From assembly GCA_002269645.1 (NCBI GenBank), contig NIVC01000082.1:186001-250000 (forward strand): 64,000 nt of DNA. The letters run 5' to 3'. The stretch's first letter is position 1; every line of letters begins with the position of its first letter. This document shows, piece by piece, positions 48,201 to 59,960 of this stretch. The notes beneath the pieces were generated by a model. The model did not search any database. It worked only from the letters and a program-made list of their open reading frames with translations, and was not told the DNA's origin. The translations under genes and the position numbers were made by a program. The stretch comes from Macrostomum lignano (taxonomy: Eukaryota).

Positions 48201-51200
48201 GAGAAATACGCCAGCGATTATACCTGGTATGTGGACACCATACTCAATCTCATTCGACTGGCTGGTGATTTCGTCTCCGAGGAGGTTTGGTACCGAGTTA
48301 TCCAGATTGTTATTAATCGCGAAGATGTGCAGGTAAGTGTTGCTTACTCGGGGTTACGTAAAGTTGGTTGCTAAGGCTCAGGTAGTTTGTTGCTAAGGCT
48401 CAGATAGTTAGTTGCTAAGGCTCAGGTAAGTGGTTGCTAGGGTCAGGTAGGCAGTTTCTAAGGCTCAGGTACTTGGTTGCTAAATGCTAAGGTCAGGTAG
48501 TTAGTTGCTAAGGCTCAGGTAGTTAGTTGCTAAGGCTCAGGTAGCTAGTTGCTAAGGCTCGGGTAGTTGGTTGCTAAGGCTTAGTGGTTGCTAAGGATCA
48601 GATAGTTGGTTGCTGAGAGTTAGGTAAATGGTTGCTAAGGTTTAGATAGTTGGTTGCTAAGGGTAAGGTAAAAGTGGTTGCTAAGGCTCAGATAGTTGGT
48701 TGCTAAGGCTCAGGTAAGTGGTTGCTAAGGCTCAGGTAAGTGGTTGCTAAGGCTCAGGTAGGCGGTTGCTAAGGGTCAGTTAGGTGGTTGGCGTGGTTGC
48801 TACGGGTCATCTAGTGGTAGTTGCTAAGGCTCAGTTAGTGTCAAATTATGACTCATGCTTCTTGATTGCAAAAGGTAATCAAGCCTAGTTGCTTGGTTGC
48901 TATGGTCTATTAGCTCTAGAATTGTGTTGCTTTGTGCCACATGGGTTTTGTTTATCCTGATCTATATTGTTACGGTTGTGAAGGTCACAGAGATTTAAGC
49001 TGGTATATGATCTTCAGTCTTCGTTGCTATGAATACGTGGCGTCTTACCCAAATCCACCAGGCGTACGCGGCCAAGACGGTATTCGAAGCGCTGGAAGCT
49101 CCGGCCTGCCACGAGAATATGGTGAAGGTTGGCGGCTACATTCTGGGCGAGTTTGGCAACCTCATTGCCGGAGATGCCCGCAGCTCGCCTTCAACTCAAT
49201 TCCAATTGCTGCACGGCAAGTTTCACCTGTGCAGTCCGCCAACCCGCGCCCTGCTGTTGAGCGCCTACATCAAATTAGTGAACCTGTTCCCGGAGATTCG
49301 CGAGGACATTATCGCTGTGCTTGAGTCTGACGCTAATCTGCGCAATTCCAATGTGGAAATTCAGCAGCGCGCTAGCGAGTATCTTAGCTTGGCTCGGAAT
49401 TCCACTCAGGTAGGTGTGGATTGATTGATTTATTAATAGATAGGTAGATAGATAATTACAAAAACGTTAACGTGTGAGCGAAGCGAGCGCGTCAACGTAA
49501 AAAGCGCTCACCCAGAGTCAGCAAACACCAAAGATTATATTAACAGATTAAATTCGAAGGTGACCAATATTTCGGCCTATTGCCTGGCCTTTGTCAGGAT
49601 TGAAAAGTAAAGTTTATAATTCGATTTAATTTAAATTGTACAGAGAAAAAATTCGAGAAAGCTAATAAATGCGAGAGATAAAAATCAGTTTGATTAGGTT
49701 TAAAAGTCCGATGGGTGCCTTGCCGCACGTCGTGCTCCTAATTGAGCAGGGTGTACAATGTAGTTGCAGTTTATTGATCTGAAAATGGGTTACGGCGTGG
49801 CAATGCTGAGTGTGCAGCTTAGACGGACAGAGAATGTCTTGAATCAAGCGCAATCTGGTGTACGCCGCCACAGTGTCAAGCTCACGTGCACGGTCTGCGA
49901 TCACCTGCGGACTCCGTGTACAAAGCGGGCAGAGTGGTCAGTGTGCGGAATCACTATGGGAATGCAAGCATGATTGGTCGTTTCAACCGTGTTTAGGCCA
50001 CTTGGGAAACGGGTGCAAAGCAGGCCGATCAATTTTTGTTCCATGTTCCTTCTACGGCGCTGGGCTCCTTTCTTGTCGGCTTTGCACTCAGTGCTCAGGT
50101 ACCATAGGCCCATGAAGCGAAGGTCATGAAGGCTGTGGTTAGCAGAGTTAAAATGTCTCGACACTGGCGTGTCTTTTCCAACCTAATGTCGCTCAGGTGG
50201 GCTTGTATTCTGACCTTGAGAGCACCACCTGTCTCCCCAATGTAGACGCAGTGGCCATTACAAGTCCTACAGAGAATCGCATAGACCACGTCTCTGGAGT
50301 CACAGCGGACTTTTTGATTGATTATGTAGACCATTTTAGTGGCATTGGAGCCTGGGCAGACCTGGCCAAACTGACCATGCTATTCACACAGGCGGCAGCT
50401 CGAATTTTTGCATCTAATAAAGCCAAATTCCCACCGGCAGTCCATGTAGTAACCCAGTTGAGTGAGAGCAGAGGTTTTTGCGTCTCGAATAGTTCGGACA
50501 GAATACCCCTGTCTTTTGAGGATGCCCAGCAGACCGCGGCGGGCATAGCGAAGGAACTGAGATTTGACAATGCCTTTAAAAGTATGCGTAGGATGAAAAG
50601 AGTCTGGGTTTAACAGTTGGCAAGAGTCTGTGGGTTTGAAGTAGATAGAGCAAGTTGGCCTCTTTTTATTGCCTTCCACTGTAAGCGATATGCAGCAGTC
50701 CAGAAAGTGAATGTTTTCTCTGCTATACTCCATCGAGATACGAATGTTGCTGTCAAAGCTGTTGAGATGGAAGTGTAACTCTTAGCTGTGCCTCCGTACC
50801 AGTAAAAATCATAAAGATGTCGTCAATGTAACGCTTGTAGAGGTGAGGGGCGAAAGGAGCGACTCTTAGGGCTCTGGACTCCCACTCAGCCATAAATATG
50901 TTGGCATAGGCGGGCGCAAAGGCCTTTCCCATACTGGTGCCTTTCACCTGTAAGAATCGGTGCTCCTCAAAGATGAAGTCATTCTGGTTCAGGTTGATGT
51001 CCAAGAGTCTCAGCTGAGTGTCAGGTCTTGATGGTTCAGGAAAATTAATAAAGGCCTTCTTCACGGCGTTCATCCCCTGGTCAGTTGGGATGTTTGTGTA
51101 CAAAGATTTGACATCCATTGTTACTAGAAAGACCTCGTTGTCCTTGTCATTAAAGCTTGTTGAATTAAAGCTTGAAAATGATCGGTGTCACGGATAAAGG

Positions 51201-54200
51201 AATCTTGTTCCTGCGCTATCGGTTGTAGAAAACAGTCAATGAATTTGTCGCTCATGTAGCTCTCTGAGCTGCAGTCGGAGACTATTGGTCTCTGGAGGCA
51301 CTCCTGGAATAGGCCACGTGTCCCTATTATTGTTGCGAAGATTTTGGAGCGCATCCTGTTGGTGTTGCTGAAGATTTGATTTGTTGTAAATGAAATTCGG
51401 AGTGCTGATACCGTCAAGAGCTTCGAAAAGATCCTCATGTGTTCTTCACTTTTCCAAGCTGAAATTGGGCAATGATGAGCGGCGAGAGAAGAACTTTCGC
51501 GGTGTGAACGCGCACGTGCGGCGTTGCAGAAGCGAATTGAGAGCGATTCTCTGCTTGAGACTAGTGATGGAATCGGTCAGGATTTGGGAGCTCATAATAG
51601 TTGGCGCGGGAACGAAATTCTTTCCCTTCTCGATCACTTTAATTTCGCTTTTTGAAAGAGTGAGGTTGACAGGTTAATCACCGGGCTGCTCTCCGCAGTT
51701 CCGGCACTGTTTAGTTTTTTGTTAGTTTAGCGAGTGCTAATTGGAGAACCCTCCTAGAGGACTCCTCAGTGAAGGAGACCAGGTTCTGTTGGAATGACAG
51801 TTCCCGAGGTGACAGAGCAACGTGTTCTTTTAGGTTGAGTCTTCGAAGATGTCGGCTAACCTTCTCAGCAGTTGTTCGGACGTCCTCTGGTTCCCCAATG
51901 TTCACCAACGAGTCAAAGGTGTAGATTTTAGCCTACGGAAAGGCTTTGCGGCAATGATTGAAGATAGTTGTCAGCTGTTTGTCGATGGCACCCTCGAACT
52001 TTCTTGATAGGTCCTGTCCCCAAGGGAACAGAATGACCGCTTTTACCCCTGTAGAGGGATCGTCGGTCTTCTCACGTAATACCTTGATCAAATTCCCTGC
52101 CCTCAAGTTCGGGAAGATCTCAAAATGGATGTCCGTATACTCCGCTTCAGTTTGAGGTAAACTCTCATCACCAATTATCACTGTCTCCTTCTCGATAGCC
52201 GAAAACTTCCAGTTCTTTTTCGGCTAATTGTGAATGTAAGACCTAGTAGTCGAGGCATTTGTTTGAGCGAGATCCGACCCAACCGCGAGAAAATTAAAAA
52301 ATATGTTGGCAAGGAGTTGGCCGTCGTCTTCGGTGTCCAGATCAGCTGCAGGTGGGGATGTCTGATCACAGACCCCCTTCGTGTCTGACACCTGAGCACA
52401 GGCAGTCAGACACCGTATTTGAGCCTTCGGCTCGCAAGATTCAGTGGTGGATCTTGGGGACGTGGAAACATCTCTGCGCCTCTCTTCGGTATGACTGAAC
52501 ATGCTTGGCTCCTCATAAAGTGTCGGTGTCGCCCAAACGGAAGACGCATCCATAGACACTGGCTCAACGGGTCCAGCCCCTTCATCAATAATCATAACAG
52601 AATTGTTAGCGTCGCGCTCAAAGGCCCCCGGAGGCTCCTCGGGGATTGAAACGAGCTCGGAAACACGGATGTCTCTGGAGTTTCTAGGTGGAAGGCTGTT
52701 CGTGGAGAAAGAACCTACCCGAAGATTCGATGAAGTCGGGGACCTCCACAGAAATTCTCAATTTGTACAGCCGGTTGCGTAGTAGGGCCGCCGAGCAGTT
52801 AAAGCGCCTTCCAGCGTCCTTCGCCGCCTAGCGCAAGCCCACCTTCCAGCCTGTGCGCAGGTCATCCGGAGCGACGTCCTGTGCCGCTTCTTCCAGCTCT
52901 TCCGACAACCTGATGATGCAAGTCTCGTAATGACTTAGCATGGTGTCCTGAGTGCTGATTTCCCAGGTTTCGGCGTTCTCCTCGATGCGCTCTGTGGTGC
53001 TTCTCGAGGGCGTCGCTATCATCGACTTTAGCTGATTGGTCTTGCTTTGAATAGATTTTGGTACTACGTCCCAACTCCCCAGGTGGCGGGCGGAGCGGAA
53101 GAGCTGCTTAGCTTGTCGAGCAACTCGGGCGGTCTCGGCTGACATAGCACCTTCAGAATTTGTAGGTTTTTGTGAGCCTTCAAAGTTTTTCAATGTTGTC
53201 TTTCTCCTGCTTTGGATCTTGTCACGGAGATCACTTCGCGACCTGTCACGATCAGAGTCCCGTCTGAAGTCAGACTGGCGGTGATCCGCATGAAACCGGA
53301 GACGCTGACGGGACCTGTCATAGATGCTGCTCGGAAGGCAGCACCGTTGTTGACCGGGGCGGTTGGCTGGTTTATATTTTGGGTATAAAAACTGTTATTT
53401 TAGCAGTAAACTTATTTTATCATAAATTTAATATTTATACACGAGCTTTGGAGGGTTGCGCTGAGCAGCGTTGAGTAAAATTTGTACATAAAATAAAAAG
53501 TTGGATTGAAGCACGCTGATTGGTTGCGGCTTTAAAGCCTTGTATGATAACAAAAATTAATGTGAGGAGCAGCTATAGAAAAACTGATTTAAATAAAAAG
53601 TGAATGACTAAGCATCTTGACTAGTACGACAAAAAGTTTTTACGAAAACACGACTGAACTTAATTTGCTAAAGAGCACTAAGAACTTTGATTGCTTAAAT
53701 AATTGTAAATAATTAAATTTAAATACATAAACAGTAGATAGATAGATAGATAGATTGAGTGATTGATTGATTAATCCGCACCTCTCATTCGTCCTTCATT
53801 TATTACCAAGGATGTACTAGCAACAGTGCTAGAAGAGATGCCGCCGTTTCCCGAACGGGAGAGCTCCATATTGGCTCAGCTGCGCAAAAAGAAGCCGGCG
53901 GTTGAAGACGCGATTCGAGCTCGCGGCGAAAAGCAGCAGCAGAGGCCGGCGTCTGGGGCCGCTGATGGGGCAGCTGCTTCCGGTAAACTATTGTTGGAAC
54001 AATAAAACTAAAATTAATTCGAAGGGGGTATGAAATGAAAAGAGGGGATCTCAAATGAGCAAATGGGATCTCAAATGAGCAAAGGGGATCTGAAATGAAG
54101 AGAGGGGATCTGAAATGAAGAGAGGGGATCTGAAATGAAGAGAGGGGATCTGAAATGAAGAGAGGGGATCTGAAATGAAGAGAGGGGATCTGAAATGAAG

Positions 54201-56583
54201 AGAGGGGATCTGAAATGAAGAGAGGGGATCTGAAATGAAGAGAGGGGATCTGAAATGAAGAGAGGGGATCTGAAATGAAGAGAGGGGATCTGAAATGAAG
54301 AGAGGGGATCTGAAATGAAGAGAGGGGATCTGAAATGAAGAGAGGGGATCTGAAATGAAGAGAGGGGATCTGATATGAAGAGAGGGGATCTGAGATGAAA
54401 AGAAGGGATCCGAAATGAAAAGAAGGGATCCGAAATGAAGAGAAGGGATCCGAAATGAAGAGAAGGTGTTCCAAATGAATTTTTCACTTTACATCCTGAT
54501 CTTCTAGCAGCGCCAACTGCGGCCACACCTACCTCTGGCGGTGGCGGCGGCGTGAAGCTTCAGGGCGACATCGCTGGCGCCGAGAGCAACACTGACTCGG
54601 ACCTGCTGGGACTCGACTTCGGTGGCAGCGCCCCGGCTGCTGCTGCGGGCGGAGGCGGCGCAGGCGGCGGCAGTGTCGACCTTCTGTCGTCGATTCTCGA
54701 CGTCGGCGTGTCGTCGTCGTCGTCATCGTCAGCAGCGCCGTCGGCGGCGTCGGGTGCGTCGGCTCAACGGAAAACGGTGGTCGTTGGAGCCGGCGCCTCT
54801 GGGTCCATTGTTGGCGAAGAGAACTGGCACAAGTTCGTGTGCAAGAATTCCGGCGTGTTGTACGAGAATGACATCCTGCAGGTTGGTTCTATGAGAATCA
54901 TGTCTGATCTAACAGCATCTCCAATCTAACAGAATCATTTCCAATCTTTCAGAATCATCTCCGATCTATCAGAATCATCTCCGATCTTTCAGACTCATCT
55001 CCGATCTTTCAGAATCATCTCCGATCTTTCAGAATCATTTCCAATCTATCAGAATCATTTCCAATCTATCAGAATCATGTCCGATCTATCAGAAGCATCT
55101 CTGATCTATCAGAATCATCTCTGATCTTTCAGAATCATTTCCAATCTATCAGAATCATTTCCAATCTATCAGAATCATTTCCAATCTATCAGAATCATTT
55201 CCAATCTATCAGAATCATGTCCGATCTATCAGAATCATTTCCAATCTATCAGAATCATTTCCAATCTATCAGAATCATGTCCGATCTATCAGAAGCATCT
55301 CTGATCTATCAGAATCATCTCCGATCTTTCAGAATCATCTCCGATCTTTCAGAATCATCTCCGATCTTTCAGAATCATCTCCAATCTATCAGAATCATTT
55401 CCAATCTATCAGAATCATTTCCAATCTATCAGAATCATTTCCAATCTATCAGAATCATTTCCAATCTATCAGAATCATTTCCAATCTATCAGAATCATTT
55501 CCAATCTATCAGAATCATTTCCAATCTATCAGAATCATTTCCAATCTATCAGAATCATGTCCGATCTATCAGAAGCATCTCTGATCTATCAGAATCATCT
55601 CCGATCTTTCAGAATCATCTCCGATCTATCAGAATCATCTCCAATCTATCAGAATCATCTCCAATCTATCAGAATCATCTCCAATCTATCAGAATCATCT
55701 CCAATCTATCAGAATCATTTCCTATCTATCAGAATCATCTCCGATCTATCAGAATCATCTCCAATCTATCAGAATCATTTCCTATCTATCAGAATCATCT
55801 CCGATCTATCAGAATCATCTCCAATCTATCATAATCATCTCCGATCTTTCAGAATCATCTCCGATCTATCAAAATCATTTCCAATCTATCATAATCATTT
55901 CCAATCTATCATAATCATTTCCAATCTATCATAATCATTTCCAATCTATCATAATCATCTCTGATCTATCAGAATCATCTCCGATCTATCAGAATCATCT
56001 CCAATCTATCAGAATCTTTTCCAATCTATCAGAATCTTTTCCAATCTATCATAATCATTTCCAATCTATCATAATCATTTCCAATCTATCAGAATCATCT
56101 CCGATCTATCAGAATCATCTCCGATCTATCAGAATCATCTCTGATTAAAGAAGATCATTTTTAAGTTTTGCGAATGACTCCCGTCTTTTAGAGTCACAGC
56201 CGATGTTAGAGTCATTTTAATACTTTTATTTTTGTCGAATGTGTTTAAATCACTTTTTTGTCGAATTCGGCCTTCGCTCCCAAGCAATGCCCGCCCATCT
56301 CCTGCCTGCCCAGGTTGGCGTCAAATGCGACTACCAGCAGAGCAGTGGTCGCATTGTGGTTTACTACGGCAACAAGACACCGGCACCGCTGGCCCAGTTT
56401 GCCAGCGTCATCAACCTGCCCGACTCCAGCCTCACCAATCAGCTGGGCATCCAGGTGAAGCCAGTCGGCGATCGGGTTGGCGCCTCCGAGCAAGTCAACG
56501 AAGTCATCACCGTCGACTGCATGGCCGAGTTCTCCGCCTGTCCGCTGCTCAACATCCGCTTTGTGTGAGTGCCAGACAGACAC

Positions 56584-56682
<99 letters not shown>

Positions 56683-56683
56683 C

Positions 56684-56716
<33 letters not shown>

Positions 56717-56795
56717 AAGACACACGGACAGACACACAGACAGACACACAGACAGACAGACAGACACACAGACAGACAGACAGACAGACAGACAC

Positions 56796-56858
<63 letters not shown>

Positions 56859-57139
56859 CACAGACAGACAGACAGACACACGGACAGACAGACACACAGA
56901 CAGACAGACAGACACACGGACAGACACACAGACAGACACACAGACAGACAGACAGACAGACAGACACACAGACAGACAGAAAGACACACGGACAGACACA
57001 CAGACAGACACACAGACAGACAGACAGACAGACAGACACACAGACAGACAGACACACAGACAGACAGACACACAGACAGACAGACAGACAGACACACAGA
57101 CAGACAGACAGACACACGGACAGACACACAGACAGACAC

Positions 57140-57176
<37 letters not shown>

Positions 57177-57423
57177 AAGACACACGGACAGACACACAGG
57201 CAGACACACAGACAGACAGACAGACAGACAGACACACAGACAGACAGACAGACACACAGACAGACAGACAGACAGACAGACAAAAAGACACACGGACAGA
57301 CACACAGACAGACACACAGACACACAGACAGACACACAGACAGACAGACACACAGACAGACAGACAGACAGACAAAAAGACACACGGACAGACACACAGA
57401 CAGACACACAGACAGACAGACAC

Positions 57424-57464
<41 letters not shown>

Positions 57465-59026
57465 AAGACACACGGACAGACACACAGACAGGTAATCCAA
57501 GACAAGCAGAAAGGCAGGCTGATTGACAAACAGATCCTAAGATGTTAAAACACTAACACATCTGACAATGTGTGTTATTGAATTTCATCTTTCACTTTTA
57601 CTAACAGTAGCCTGTATTGCACATTCCCATCTGAAATATTTTTTCAACTTTCAGCTACTCCGGCGTTGCCCAATCGATTACGCTGAAGCTGCCGCTCACT
57701 ATTAATAAGTTTATGCAGAGCAGCGAGATGGACAGCGCCACATTTTTCCAGCATTGGAAGCAGCTGTCTCAGTGAGTGCAATCTCTTTAGCCAATAAAAA
57801 ACACATGGAAATTCAAATTGTATCTATTTTATCTTCTATTTTTTAAGGCCGGAGCAAGAATGCCAGAAGATATTCCAAGCAAAGTTTCCAATGGACGCGG
57901 AGACTACTAAAACAAAGGTTTGCGATGTTTATTAAGTCTTTTTTCTTGCTTCTTGAAAGTTAAGCTAATGATATTTTACTGTCGTAAAATCCTCAGATAC
58001 TGGGATTCGGATTCAGCTTGCTGTCTAACATCGATTCGAATCCCGCTAATTTTGTTGGAGCCGGCATTGTGCAGACCAAATCTGGCAACATTGGCTCCCT
58101 GTTCAGGCTGGAGCCCAATCAGCAGGCTCAGGTGAGGGGGGGGTCGCCTGCGAATAATCTGTGATGAGTGATTCGGAGAGTGACTGAGTGATCGATTAAG
58201 TGACTGAGTGATCGAGAGAGTGACTGAGTGATCGATTAAGTGACTGAGTGATCGGTTGAGTGACTGAGTAATTCATTGAGTGACTGAGTGATTGATTTAG
58301 TGACTGAGTGATCGGTTGAGTGACTGAGTGATCGATTAAGTGACTGAGTGATCGATTGTGTGACTGAGTGATCGATTGTGTGACTGAGTGATCGAGAGAG
58401 TGACTGAGTGATCGATTGAGTAATTGAGTGATCGAGTGTGTGACTGAGTGATCGATTGAGTGACTGAGTGATCGAGAGAGTGACTGAGTGATCGATTAAG
58501 TGACTGAGTGATCGATTGTGTGACTGAGTGATCGATTGTGTGACTGAGTGATCGATTGTGTGACTGAGTGATCGAGAGAGTGACTCAGTGATCGATTGAG
58601 TAACTGAGTGATCGAGTGTGTGACTGAGTGATCGATTGAGTGACTGAGTGATCGAGAGAGTGACTGAGTGATCGATTGAGTGACTGAGTGATCGATTGAG
58701 TGACTGAGTGATCGAGAGAGTGACTGAGTGATCAATTGAGCGACTGGGTGATCGAGAGATAACTAAGTAATTAAGTCAGTGAATGATCGATCAAGTGGAT
58801 CAAGTGAGGGACTGAGTGATCAAGTAAGGCCCGGAGCGGAGTGATCGTGTGAGTCATTAAGCGATTGGGCGAGTTATTAATTCAGTATCGAGAATTCAGT
58901 ATTCAGATCGAGAATCGTTTTTATCCTTCACGGGATTTATCATTGCAGATGTACCGCCTCACGGTGCACAGCATCAAGCCTGGTGTGAGCAAGCGTCTGT
59001 GCGAACTGCTCGAGACTCAAATTTGA
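45234..59026 (+). CDS. AP2A: AP-2 complex subunit alpha (alpha-adaptin), 13 coding exons, 988 aa
   Basis: Exons 45234-45294, 45392-45603, 46350-46805, 47357-47755, 48039-48332, 49062-49409, 53811-53982, 54508-54881, 56314-56564, 57655-57771, 57848-57917, 57997-58131 and 58949-59026 total 2967 nt, all GT-AG and in phase. [27 protein letters not shown].., [28 protein letters not shown], ear domain to MYRLTV. AATAAA at ~59131. Confidence 0.97.
45765..46190 (+). repeat. ~39-bp degenerate minisatellite (CCATAGAAACCTCTTGGTAGCCATAACAACACCTGGTAA) in AP2A intron 2
   Basis: About ten degenerate copies. Confidence 0.88.
46812..47117 (+). repeat. (ACTG)n microsatellite immediately after the AP2A exon 3 donor
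   Basis: Almost uninterrupted tetranucleotide run. Confidence 0.97.
47117..47320 (+). mobile_element. tRNA-derived SINE with a CORE (MIR-like) central domain
   Basis: tRNA-like head AGTAGATAGAGCG-TTGGACTCATGACTGGA-AGGTC, B box GGTTCGATTC (47156-47165), then GTGTCCTTGAGCAAGACACTTAACTCTGCACTGCTTCAGTTCAGCCAAGTATAAAAATGGG. This resembles my recollection of the MIR CORE GTGACCTTGGGCAAGTCACTTAACCTCTCTGAGCCTCAGTTTCCTCATCTGTAAAATGGG. Confidence 0.75.
48365..48835 (+). repeat. ~23-bp degenerate minisatellite GTTGCTAAGGCTCAGGTAGTTG in AP2A intron 5
   Basis: Tandem degenerate units. Confidence 0.88.
49450..53730 (-). mobile_element. Penelope-like element (Neptune-type), degenerate, antisense in AP2A intron 6
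   Basis: RT motifs [45 protein letters not shown]. Cys-rich linker [15 protein letters not shown] endonuclease [37 protein letters not shown]. Upstream ORF with an SGNH-like segment. Several stops and frameshifts. Confidence 0.9.
49561..49605 (-). ncRNA. Degenerate minimal hammerhead-ribozyme-like motif at the PLE 3' end
   Basis: Minus strand: caatc CTGACAA A GGCC-aggcaata-GGCC GAAA TATT ggtca. Core order and helix II fit, but G8 is A and helix I is only ~3 bp. Confidence 0.45.
54030..54480 (+). repeat. 20-bp minisatellite GGGGATCTGAAATGAAGAGA in AP2A intron 7
   Basis: Near-perfect tandem array. Confidence 0.95.
54895..56145 (+). repeat. 20-bp minisatellite AGAATCAT(C/T)TCC(G/A)ATCT(A/T)TC in AP2A intron 8
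   Basis: Long variant-rich array starting ~15 nt after the donor. Confidence 0.95.
56572..57490 (+). repeat. Compound (GACA)n/(GACACA) microsatellite in AP2A intron 9
   Basis: Starts right after gtgagtgc; source of six artefact ORFs. Confidence 0.96.
58160..58760 (+). repeat. 20-bp minisatellite GTGACTGAGTGATCGATTGA in AP2A intron 12
   Basis: Tandem variant units. Confidence 0.93.
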
Positions 59027-59747
59027 GCTCCGTTTGACCTGATTGGAAAGGGCCAACTAGTTAAATGCCGTACTCTGTCTCCTCCTCACTGCATAATCGA
59101 CTACATTTGTGTTAATCCCTACCAGTTATCAATAAATGAACTGTTATTTTTGTTTATTTATTCGAATAGTTGATTTCTTTATATGTATAAAAAGCATGTT
59201 TATCAATTGTTGCGCCTATTATACTCCGATCACACAAATCCCTTTTTCTAATTATTTGGGAAGTTGAAAACCATTACAAAGTAAAAATTATATAAGTTTT
59301 CTGCATTCTCCTACTCAGAACTGGACAATAATGTGATATAACCCGCTTAATGCCGAATAAAAAAATTGCATTGATATCTCCTCCATAGACATGTATGTGC
59401 AATTAATTGAACATTTTCCCATTATTGAATAAATCTGAATAATATTGAGTACAAAAATATGGACGAGTTTGGTCATACTGCTCTGATGACCTATGTGTAC
59501 TGTTTACTCATGTAGCATAGCAATTCTGCTGTTATCAACAAGTCTAATGCCTACATCGACGATGTTGTTAATTGCGTACACGTGTGTAGATACATCAAAA
59601 TTATCGATTTTCAATTAGCGTCACTTTGGCTGTCTTGTTGACCTTTCATTTTATTATTTTCTAACACACTAGGCCGGTAATCTGAAGCCACCACCCCAAA
59701 GATGTACTTTAAGTTTTTCTACGCCTTTAGACCCTGGCTTGCTTTGA

Positions 59748-59749
<2 letters not shown>

Positions 59750-59784
<35 letters not shown>

Positions 59785-59904
59785 CAGGTTATTCCTTTCT
59801 TTGGCTAGCTTACTAGCTAGAACCAGTTGTACACTTAAAATGTACAGACAGTTTACGATCTATTTTTCTACCCTTCGCCCCACTTTCCGGCCACCTTTGA
59901 AGGA

Positions 59905-59955
<51 letters not shown>
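59750..59955 (+). repeat. Two (CT)n dinucleotide tracts
   Basis: (CT)n at ~59750-59781 and ~59909-59955. Confidence 0.9.

Positions 59956-59960
<5 letters not shown>

Noticed and set aside
49900-52830. In-frame stops in the PLE as possible selenocysteine or readthrough recoding
   Set aside because: The disruptions include TAG and frameshifts scattered throughout, consistent with ordinary decay. No SECIS recognised.
56232-57548. Six overlapping 300-440 aa ORFs (DRQT/SVCL repeats)
   Set aside because: (GACA)n microsatellite. Only 56314-56564 is real coding sequence (AP2A exon 9).
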